From NCBI RefSeq assembly GCF_009914755.1, contig NC_060944.1: 64,000 nt of DNA, one strand, 5' to 3'. Both the position numbers and the translations under genes were made by a program. Positions 40,401-52,500 of the stretch are shown here, in pieces; within the stretch, counting starts at the first letter, position 1; each line of letters begins with the position of its first letter. Origin of the DNA: the human T2T-CHM13v2.0 reference genome, Homo sapiens. Below the pieces are notes generated by a model that was not told the DNA's origin, ran no database searches, and was given only the letters and a program-made list of their open reading frames with translations.

Positions 40401-43400
40401 AGTTGTTACGGGAAGATATTTCCTTTTTCAACATAGGCCTGAAACCGCTTCAAATGTCCACTTCCAGATACTGCAAAGAGAGTGTTTCAAACCTTCTCTA
40501 CGAAAGGGCATGTTCTCCTCAGTGACGTCAATGCAAACATCCCAAAGAAGTTTCTGAGAATGCTTCTGTCTGGATTTTATCTGAAGACAATCCCGTTTCC
40601 AACGAAATCCTCAAAGATATGCAAATATGCTCCTGCAGATTCTACAAAAAGAGTGTTTCAAAACTGCTGTATGAAAAGAAAGGTTCGATTCTGTTAGTAG
40701 AGGGCACACATCACAAACAAGTTGCCGAGAATGCTTCTGTCTGGTTTTTATGGGAAGATATTTCCTTTTCCAACACAAGCCTGAATGCGCTCCAAATGGA
40801 CACTTCCAGATACGACAAAAGGAGTGTTTCAAACCTGTTCTGTGAAAGGGAACGTTCCATTCTGTGACTTGAATGCAAACATCACCAAGTAGTTTCTCAG
40901 AACGCTGCTGTCCGCTTTTTATATGTATTCCCGTTTCCAACGAAATCGTCAAAGCCAGCCAAATATCCACTTGCAGGTTCCACAGAAAGAGTGTTTCAAA
41001 ACTGCTCTCTCAAAAGACATGTTCAACTCTGTCAGTTGAGGACACACATCACAAAGAAGTTTCTGAGAATGCTTCTGTCTAGTTTTTATGGGAAGATATT
41101 TCCTTTTTCACCATAGGCCTCAAAGCGCTCCAAATGTCCACTTCCAGGGAATGGAAAAAGGGTGTTTCCAACCTACTGTATGAAAGCCAATGTTCAACTC
41201 CGTGACTTGAATGCAACCATCACAAGGAAGTTTCTGAGAATGCTTCTGTCTAGGTTTTATATGAAGATATTCCCATTTCCAACGAAATCCTCAAAGCTAT
41301 CCAAATATCCACTTGGAGATTCTACAAAAAGAGTGTTTCAAAACTGCTCTATCAAAAGAAAGGTTCTACTCCGTCAGTTGAGGACACACATCACGAGTAA
41401 GTTTCTGACAATGCTTCTGTCTAGTTTTTATGGGAAGATATGTCCTTTTTCACCTTAGGCCGGAAAGCGCTCCAAAAGTCCAGTTACAGACACTACAAAA
41501 AGAGTGTTTCAAACCTGCTCTGTGAAAGGGAATGTTCAATTCTGTGACTTGAATGCAAACATCACAAAGAAGTTGCTGAGAATGCTGCTGTCTGCTTTTT
41601 ATACCTTATCCCGTTTCCAACGAAATCCTCAAATCCAGCCAAATATCCACATGCAGACTCCACAAAAAGAGTGTTTCAAAACAGTACAGTCAAAAGAAAT
41701 GTTCAACTCTGTTAGTTGAGGACACACATCAGAGACTAGCTTCTGAGAATGCTTCTGTCCAGTTGTTACGGGAAGATATTTCCTTTTTCAACATAGGCCT
41801 GAAACCGCTTCAAATGTCCGCTTCCAGATACTGCAAAGAGAGTGTTTCAAACCTTCTCTAGGAAAGGGCATGTTCTCCTCTGTGACGTCAATGCAAACAT
41901 CCCAAAGAAGTTTCTGAGAATGCTTCTGTCTGGATTTTATCTGAAGACAATCCCGTTTCCAACGAAATCCTCAAAGATATGCAATTATGCTCCTGCAGAT
42001 TCTACAAAAAGAGTGTTTCAAAACTGCTCTATGAATAGAAAGGTTCGACTCTGTTAGTAGAGGGCACACATCACAAACAAGTTGCCGAGAATGCTTCTGT
42101 CTGGTTTTTATGGGAAGATATTTCCTTTTCCAACACAAGCCTGAATGCGCTCCAAATGGACACTTCCAGATACGACAAAAGGAGTGTTTCAAACCTGTTC
42201 TGTGAAAGGGAACGTTCCATTCTGTGACTTGAATGCAAACATCACCAAGTAGTTTCTCAGAACGCTGCTGTCTGCTTTTTATATGTATTCCCGTTTCCAA
42301 CGAAATCGTCAAAGCCAGCCAAATATCCACTTGCAGGTTCCACAGAAAGAGTGTTTCAAAAGTGCTCTCTCAAAAGACACGTTCAACTCTGTGAGTTGAG
42401 GACACACATCACAAAGAAGTTTCTGAGAATGCTTCTGTCTAGTTTTTATGGGAACATATTTCCTTTTTCACCATAGGCCTCAAAGTGCTCCAAATGTCCA
42501 CTTCCAGGGAATGGAAAAAGAGTGTTTCCAACCTGCTCTATGAAAGCCAATGTTCAACTCCGTGACTTGAATGCAACCATCACAAGGAAGTGTCTGAGAA
42601 TGCTTCTGTCTAGGTTTTATATGAAGATATTCCCGTTTCCAACGAAATCCTCAAAGCTATCCAAATATCCACTTGGAGATTCTACAAAAAGAGTGTTTCA
42701 AAAGTGCTCTATCAAAAGAAAGGTTCTACTCCGTCAGTTGAGGACACACATCACGAGTAAGTTTCTGACAATGCTTCTGTCTAGTTTTTTTGGGAAGATA
42801 TGTCCTTTTTCACCTTAGGCCGGAAAGCGCTCCAAAAGTCCAGTTACAGACACTACAAAAAGAGTGTTTCAAACCTGCTCTGTGAAAGGGAATGTTCAAT
42901 TCTGTGACTTGAATGCAAACATCACAAAGAAGTTGCTGAGAATGCTGCTGTCTGCTTTTTATACCTTATCCCGTTTCCAACGAAATCCTCAAATCCAGCC
43001 AAATATCCACTTGCAGACTCCACAAAAAGAGTGTTTCAAAACTGTACTGTCAAAAGAAATGTTCAACTCTGTTAGTTGAGGACACACATCAGAGACTAGC
43101 TTCTGAGAATGCTTCTGTCCAGTTGTTACGGGAAGATATTTCCTTTTTCAACATAGGCCTGAAACCGCTTCAAATGTCCGCTTCCACATACTGCAAAGAG
43201 AGTGTTTCAAACCTTCTCTACGAAAGGGCATGTTCTCCTCTGTGACGTCAATGCAAACATCCCAAAGAAGTTTCTGAGAATGCTTCTGTCTGGATTTTAT
43301 CTGAAGACAATCCCGTTTCCAACGAAATCCTCAAAGATATGCAAATATGCTCTTGCAGATTCTACAAAAAGTGTGTTTCAAAACTGCTCTATGAATAGAA

Positions 43401-43511
43401 AGGTTCGACTCTGTTAGTAGAGGGCACACATCACAAACAAGTTGCCGAGAATGCTTCTGTCTGGTTTTTATGGGAAGATATTTCCTTTTCCAACACAAGC
43501 CTGAATGCGCT

Positions 43512-46500
43512 CCAAATGGACACTTCCAGATACGACAAAAGGAGTGTTTCAAACCTGTTCTGGGAAAGGGAACGTTCCATTCTGTGACTTGAATGCAAAC
43601 ATCACCAAGTAGTTTCTCAGAACGCTGCTGTCTGCTTTTTATATGTATTCCCGTTTCCAACGAAATCGTCAAAGCCAGCCAAATATCCACTTGCAGGTTC
43701 CACAAAAAGAGTGTTTCAAAACTGCTCTCTCAAAAGACATGTTCAACTCTGTCAGTTGAGGACACACATCACAAAGAAGTTTCTGAGAATGCTTCTGTCT
43801 AGTTTTTATGGGAACATATTTCCTTTTTCACCATAGGCCTCAAAGCGCTCCAAATGTCCACTTCCAGGGAATGGAAAAAGAGTGTTTCCAACCTGCTCTA
43901 TGAAAGCCAATGTTCAACTCCGTGACTTGAATGCTACCATCACAAGGAAGTTTCTGAGAATGCTTCTGTCTAGGTTTTATATGAAGATATTCCCGTTTCC
44001 AACGAAATCCACAAAGCTATCCAAATATCCACTTGGAGATTCTACAAAAAGAGTGTTTCAAAACTGCTCTATCAAAAGAAAGGTTCTACTCCGTCAGTTG
44101 AGGACACACATCATGAGTAAGTTTCTGACAATGCTTCTGTCTAGTTTTTATGGGAAGATATGCCCTTTTTCACCTTAGGCCGGAAAGCGCTCCAAAAGTC
44201 CAGTTACAGACACTACAAAAAGAGTGTTTCAAACCTGCTCTGTGAAAGGGAATGTTCAATTCTGTGACTTGAATGCAAACATCACAAAGAAGTTGCTGAG
44301 AATGCTGCTGTCTGCTTTTTATACCTTATCCCGTTTCCAACGAAATCCTCAAATCCAGCCAAATATCCACTTGCAGACTCCACAAAAAGAGTGTTTCAAA
44401 ACTGTACTGTCAAAAGAAATGTTCAACTCTGTTAGTTGAGGACACACATCAGAGACTAGCTTCTGAGAATGCTTCTGTCCAGTTGTTACGGGAAGATATT
44501 TCCTTTTTCATCATAGGCCTGAAACCGCTTCAAATGTCCGCTTCCACATACTGCAAAGAGAGTGTTTCAAACCTTCTCTACGAAAGGGCATGTTCTCCTC
44601 TGTGACGTCAATGCAAACATCCCAAAGAAGTTTCTGAGAATGCTTCTGTCTGGATTTTATCTGAAGACAATCCCGTTTCCAATGAAATAATCAAAGATAT
44701 GCAAATATGCTCCTGCAGATTCTACAAAAAGAGTGTTTCAAAACTGCTCTATGAATAGAAAGGTTCGACTCTGTTAGTAGAGGGCACACATCACAAACAA
44801 GTTGCCGAGAATGCTTCTGTCTGGTTTTTATGGGAAGATATTTCCTTTTCCAACACAAGCCTGAATGCGCTCCAAATGGACACTTCCAGATACGACAAAA
44901 GGAGTGTTTCAAACCTGTTCTGTGAAAGGGAACGTTCCATTCTGTGACTTGAATGCAAACATCACCAAGTAGTTTCTCAGAACGCTGCTGTCTGCTTTTT
45001 ATATGTATTCCCGTTTCCAACGAAATCGTCAAAGCCAGCCAAACATCCACTTGCAGGTTCCCCAAAAAGAGTGTTTCAAACTGCTCTCTCAAAAGACATG
45101 TTCAACTCTGTCAGTTGAGGACACACATCACAAAGATGTTTCTGAGAATGCTTCTGTCTAGTTTTTATGGGAAGATATCTCCTTTTTCACCATAGGCCTC
45201 AAAGCGCTCCAAATGTCCACTTCCAGGGAATGGAAAAAGAGTGTTTCCAACCTGCTCTATGAAAGCCAATGTTCAACTCCGTGACTTGAATGCAACCATC
45301 ACAAGGAAGTTTCTGAGAATGCTTCTGTCTAGGTTTTATATGAAGATATTCCCGTTTCCAACGAAATCCTCAAAGCTATCCAAATATCCACTTGGAGATT
45401 CTACAAAAAGAGTGTTTCAAAACTGCTCTATCAAAAGAAAGGTTCTACTCCGTCAGTTGAGGACACATATCACGAGTAAGTTTCTGAGAATGATTCTGTC
45501 TAATTTTTATGGGAAGATATGTCCTTTTTCACCTTAGGCCGGAAAGCGCTCCAAAAGTCCAGTTACAGACACTACAAAAAGAGTGTTTCAAACCTGCTCT
45601 GTGAAAGGGAATGTTCAATTCTGTGACTTGAATGCAAACATCACAAAGAAATTGCTGAGAATGCTGCTGTCTGCTTTTTATACCTTATCCCGTTTCCAAC
45701 GAAATCCTCAAATCCAGCCAAATATCCACTTGCAGACTCCACAAAAAGAGTGTTTCAAAACTATACTCTCCAAAGAAATGTTCAACTCTGTTAGTTGAGG
45801 ACACACATCAGAGACTAGCTTCTGAGAATGCTTCTGTCCAGTTGTTACGGGAAGATATTTCCTTTTTCAACATAGGCCTGAAACCGCTTCAAATGTCCAC
45901 TTCCAGATACTGCAAAGAGAGTGTTTCAAACCTTCTCTACGAAAGGGCATGTTCTCCTCAGTGACGTCAATGCAAACATCCCAAAGAAGTTTCTGAGAAT
46001 GCTTCTGTCTGGATTTTATCTGAAGACAATCCCGTTTCCAACGAAATCCTCAAAGATATGCAAATATGCTCCTGCAGATTCTACAAAAAGAGTGTTTCAA
46101 AACTGCTCTATGAAAAGAAAGGTTCGACTCTGTTAGTAGAGAGCACACATCACAAACAAGTTGCCGAGAATGCTTCTGTCTGATTTTTATGGGAAGATAT
46201 TTCCTTTTCCAACAAAAGCCTGAATGCGCTCCAAATGGACACTTCCAGATACGACAAAAGGAGTGTTTCAAACCTGTTCTGTGAAAGGGAACGTTCCATT
46301 CTGTGACTTGAATGCAAACATCACCAAGTAGTTTCTCAGAACGCTGCTGTCTGCTTTTTATATGTATTCCCGTTTCCAACGAAATCGTCAAAGCCAGCCA
46401 AATATCCACTTGCAGGTTCCACAGAAAGAGTGTTTCAAAACTGCTCTCTCAAAAGACATGTTCAACTCTGTCAGTTGAGGACACACATCACAATGAAGTT

Positions 46501-49500
46501 TCTGAGAATGCTTCTGTCTAGTTTTTATGGGAAGATATTTCCTTTTTCACCATAGGCCTCAAAGCGCTCCAAATGTCCACTTCCAGGGAATGGAAAAAGA
46601 GTGTTTCCAACCTACTGTATGAAAGCCAATGTTCAACTCCGTGACTTGAATGCAACCATCACAAGGAAGTTTCTGAGAATGCTTCTGTCTAGGTTTTATA
46701 TGAAGATATTCCCGTTTCCAATGAAATCCTCAAAGCTATCCAAATATCCACTTGGAGATTCTACAAAAAGAGTGTTTCAAAACTGCTCTATCAAAAGAAA
46801 GGTTCTACTCCGTCAGTTGAGGACACACATCACGAGTAAGTTTCTGACAATGCTTCTGTCTAGTTTTTATGGGAAGATATGTCCTTTTTCACCTTAGGCC
46901 GGAAAGCGCTCCAAAAGTCCAGTTACAGACACTACAAAAAGAGTGTTTCAAACCTGCTCTGTGAAAGGGAATGTTCAATTCTGTGACTTGAATGCAAACA
47001 TCACAAAGAAGTTGCTGAGAATGCTGCTGTCTGCTTTTTATACCTTATCCCGTTTCCAACGAAATCCTCAAATCCAGCCAAATATCCACTTGCAGACTCC
47101 ACAAAAAGAGTGTTTCAAAACTGTACTGTCAAAAGAAATGTTGAACTCTGTTAGTTGAGGACACACATCAGACACTAGCTTCTGAGAATGCTTCTGTCCA
47201 GTTGTTACGGGAAGATATTTCCTTTTTCAACATAGGCCTGAAACCGCTTCAAATGTCCGCTTCCAGATACTGCAAAGAGAGTGTTTCAAACCTTCTCTAC
47301 GAAAGGGCATGTTCTCCTCTGTGACGTCAATGCAAACATCCCAAAGAAGTTTCTGAGAATGCTTCTGTCTGGATTTTGTCTGAAGACAATCCCGTTTCCA
47401 ACGAAATCCTCAAAGATATGCAAATATTCTCCTGCAGATTCTACAAAAAGAGTGTTTCAAAACTGCTCTATGAATAGAAAGGTTCGACTCTGTTAGTAGA
47501 GGGCACACATCACAAACAAGTTGCCGAGAATGCTTCTGTCTGGTTTTTATGGGAAGATATTTCCTTTTCCAACACAAGCTTTAATGCGCTCCAAATGGAC
47601 ACTTCCAGATACGACAAAAGGAGTGTTTCAAACCTGTTCCGGGGAAGGGAACGTTCCATTCTGTGACTTGAATGCAAACATCACCAAGTAGTTTCTCAGA
47701 ACGCTGCTGTGTGCTTTTTATATGTATTCCCGTTTCCAACGAAATCGTCAAAGCCAGCCAAATATCCACTTTCAGGTTCCACAAAAAGAGTGTTTCAAAA
47801 CTGCTCTCTCAAAAGACATGTTCAACTCTGTCAGTTGAGGACACACATCACAAAGAAGTTTCTGAGAATGCTTCTGTCTAGTTTTTATGGGAAGATATTT
47901 CCTTTTTCACCATAGGCCTCATAGCGCTCCAAATGTCCACTTCCAGGGAATGGAAAAAGAGTGTTTCCAACCTGCTCTATGAAAGCCAATGTTCAACTCC
48001 GTGACTTGAATGCAACCATCACAAGGATGTTTCTGAGAATGCTTCTGTCTAGGTTTTATATGAAGATATTCCCGTTTCCAACGAAATCCTCAAAGCTATC
48101 CAAATATCCACTTGGAGATTCTACAAAAAGAGTGTTTCAAAACTGCTCTATCAAAAGAAAGGTTCTACTCCGTCAGTTGAGGACACACATCACGAGTAAG
48201 TTTCTGACAATGCTTCTGTCTAGTTTTTATGGGAAGATATGTCCTTTTTCACCTTAGGCCGGAAAGCGCTCCAAAAGTCCAGTTACAGACACTACAAAAA
48301 GAGTGTTTCAAACCTGCTCTGTGAAAGGGAATGTTCAATTCTGTGACTTGAATGCAAACATCATAAAGAAATTGCTGAGAATGCTGCTGTCTGCTTTTTA
48401 TACTTTATCCCGTTTCCAACGAAATCCTCAAATCCAGCCAAATATCCACTTGCAGACTCCACAAAAAGAGTGTTTCAAAACTGTACTGTCAAAAGAAATG
48501 TTCAACTCTGTTAGTTGAGGACACACATCAGAGACTAGCTTCTGAGAATGCTTCTGTCCAGTTGTTACGGGAAGATATTTCCTTTTTCAACATAGGCCTG
48601 AAACCGCTTCAAATGTCCGCTTCCAGATACTGCAAAGAGAGTGTTTCAAACCTTCTCTACGAAAGGGCATGTTCTCCTCTGTGACGTCAATGCAAACATC
48701 CCAAAGAAGTTTCTGAGAATGCTTCTGTCTGGATTTTGTCTGAAGACAATCCCGTTTCCAACGAAATCCTCAAAGATATGCAAATATTCTCCTGCAGATT
48801 CTACAAAAAGAGTGTTTCAAAACTGCTCTATGAATAGAAAGGTTCGACTCTGTTAGTAGAGGGCACACATCACAAACAAGTTGCCGAGAATGCTTCTGTC
48901 TGGTTTTTATGGGAAGATATTTCCTTTTCCAACACAAGCTTTAATGCGCTCCAAATGGACACTTCCAGATACGACAAAAGGAGTGTTTCAAACCTGTTCC
49001 GGGGAAGGGAACGTTCCATTCTGTGACTTGAATGCAAACATCACCAAGTAGTTTCTCAGAACGCTGCTGTGTGCTTTTTATATGTATTCCCGTTTCCAAC
49101 GAAATCGTCAAAGCCAGCCAAATATCCACTTTCAGGTTCCACAAAAAGAGTGTTTCAAAACTGCTCTCTCAAAAGACATGTTCAACTCTGTCAGTTGAGG
49201 ACACACATCACAAAGAAGTTTCTGAGAATGCTTCTGTCTAGTTTTTATGGGAAGATATTTCCTTTTTCACCATAGGCCTCATAGCGCTCCAAATGTCCAC
49301 TTCCAGGGAATGGAAAAAGAGTGTTTCCAACCTGCTCTATGAAAGCCAATGTTCAACTCCGTGACTTGAATGCAACCATCACAAGGATGTTTCTGAGAAT
49401 GCTTCTGTCTAGGTTTTATATGAAGATATTCCCGTTTCCAACGAAATCCTCAAAGCTATCCAAATATCCACTTGGAGATTCTACAAAAAGAGTGTTTCAA

Positions 49501-52500
49501 AACTGCTCTATCAAAAGAAAGGTTCTACTCCGTCAGTTGAGGACACACATCACGAGTAAGTTTCTGACAATGCTTCTGTCTAGTTTTTATGGGAAGATAT
49601 GTCCTTTTTCACCTTAGGCCGGAAAGCGCTCCAAAAGTCCAGTTACAGACACTACAAAAAGAGTGTTTCAAACCTGCTCTGTGAAAGGGAATGTTCAATT
49701 CTGTGACTTGAATGCAAACATCATAAAGAAATTGCTGAGAATGCTGCTGTCTGCTTTTTATACTTTATCCCGTTTCCAACGAAATCCTCAAATCCAGCCA
49801 AATATCCACTTGCAGACTCCACAAAAAGAGTGTTTCAAAACTGTACTGTCAAAAGAAATGTTCAACTCTGTTAGTTGAGGACACACATCAGAGACTAGCT
49901 TCTGAGAATGCTTCTGTCCAGTTGTTACGGGAAGATATTTCCTTTTTCTAAATAGGCCTGAAACCGCTTCAAATGTCCGCTTCCAGATACTGCAAAGAGA
50001 GTGTTTCAAACCTTCTCTACGAAAGGGCATGTTCTCCTCTGTGACGTCAATGCAAACATCCCAAAGAAGTTTCTGAGAATGCTTCTGTCTGGATTTTATC
50101 TGAAGACAATCCCGTTTCCAATGAAATCCTCAAAGATATGCAAATATGCTCCTGCAGATTCTACAAAAAGAGTGTTTCAAAACTGCTCTAGGAAAAGAAA
50201 GGTTCGACTCTGTTAGTAGAGGGCACACATCACAAACAAGTTGCCGAGAATGCTTCTGTCTGATTTTTATGGGAAGATATTTCCTTTTCCAACACAAGCC
50301 TGAATTCGCTCCAAATGGACACTTCCAGATACGACAAAAGGAGTGTTTCAAACCTGTTCTGTGAAAGGGAACGTTCCATTCTGTGACTTGGATGCAAACA
50401 TCACCAAGTAGTTTCTCAGAACGCTGCTGTCTGCTTTTTATATGTATTCCCGTTTCCAACGAAATCGTCAAAGCCAGCCAAATATCCACTTGCAGGTTCC
50501 ACAGAAAGAGTGTTTCAAAACTGCTCTCTCAAAAGACATGTTCAACTCTGTCAGTTGAGGACACACATCACAATGAAGTTTCTGAGAATGCTTCTGTCTA
50601 GTTTTTATGGGAAGATATTTCCTTTTTCACCATAGGCCTCAAAGTGCTCCAAATGTCCACTTCCAGGGAATGGAAAAAGAGTGTTTCCAACCTACTGTAT
50701 GAAAGCCAATGTTCAACTCCGTGACTTGAATGCAACCATCACAAGGAAGTTTCTGAGAATGCTTCTGTCTAGGTTTTATATGAAGATATTCCCGTTTCCA
50801 ACGAAATCCTCAAAGCTATCCAAATATCCACTTGGAGATTCTACAAAAAGAGTGTTTCAAAACTGCTCTATCAAAAGAAAGGTTCTACTCCGTCAGTTGA
50901 GGACACACATCACGAGTATGTTTCTGACAATGCTTCTGTCTAGTTTTTATGGGAAGATATGTCCTTTTTCACCTTAGGCCGGAAAGCGCTCCAAAGTCCA
51001 GTTACAGACACTACAAAAAGAGTGTTTCAAACATGCTCTGTGAAAGGGAATGTTCAATTCTGTGACTTGAATGCAAACATCACAAAGAAATTGCTGAGAA
51101 TGCTGCTGTCTGCTTTTTATACCTTATCCCGTTTCCAACGAAATCCTCAAAGCCAGCCAAATATCCACTTGCAGACTCCACAAAAAGAGTGTTTCAAAAC
51201 TGTACTGTCAAAGGAAATGTTCAACTCTGTTACTTGAGGACACACATCAGAGACTAGCTTCTGAGAATGCTTCTGTCCAGTTGTTACGGGAAGATATTTC
51301 CTTTTTCAACATAGGCCTGAAACCACTTCAAATGTCCGCTTCCAGATACTGCAAAGAGAGTGTTTCAAACCTTCTCTATGAAAGGGCATGTTCTCCTCTG
51401 TGACGTCAATGCAAACATCCCAAAGAAGTTTCTGAGAATGCTTCTGTCTGGATTTTATCTGAAGACAATCCCGTTTCCAACGAAATCCTCAAAGATATGC
51501 AAATATGCTCCTGCAGATTCTACAAAAAGAGTGTTTCAAAACTGCTCTATGAATAGAAAGGTTCGACTCTGTTAGTAGAGGGCACACATCACAAACAAGT
51601 TGCCGAGAATGCTTCTGTCTGATTTTTATGGGAATATATTTCCTTTTCCAACACAAGCCTGAATGCGCTCCAAATGGACACTTCCAGATACGACAAAAGG
51701 AGTGTTTCAAACCTGTTCTGTGAAAGGGAACGTTCCATTCTGTGACTTGAATGCAAACATCACCAAGTAGTTTCTCAGAACGCTGCTGTCTGCTTTTTAT
51801 ATGTATTCCCGTTTCCAACGAAATCGTCAAAGCCAGCCAAATATCCACTTGCAGGTTCCACAGAAAGAGTGTTTCAAAACTGCTCTCTCAAAAGACATGT
51901 TCAACTCTGTCAGTTGAGGACACACATCACAATGAAGTTTCTGAGAATGCTTCTGTCTAGTTTTTATGGGAAGATATTTCCTTTTTCACCATAGGCCTCA
52001 AAGCGCTCCAAATGTCCACTTCCAGGGAATGGAAAAAGAGTGTTTCCAACCTACTGTATGAAAGCCAATGTTCAACTCCGTGACTTGAATGCAACCATCA
52101 CAAGGAAGTTTCTGAGAATGCTTCTGTCTAGGTTTTATATGAAGATATTCCCGTTTCCAATGAAATCCTCAAAGCTATCCAAATATCCACTTGGAGATTC
52201 TACAAAAAGAGTGTTTCAAAACTGCTCTATCAAAAGAAAAGTTCTACTCCGTCAGTTGAGGACACACATCACGAGTAAGTTTCTGACAATGCTTCTGTCT
52301 AGTTTTTATGGGAAGATATGTCCTTTTTCACCTTAGGCCGGAAAGCGCTCCAAAAGTCCAGTTACAGACACTACAAAAAGAGTGTTTCAAACCTGCTCTG
52401 TGAAAGGGAATGTTCAATTCTGTGACCTGAATGCAAACATCACAAAGAAGTTGCTGAGAATGCTGCTGTCTGCTTTTTATACCTTATCCCGTTTCCAACG

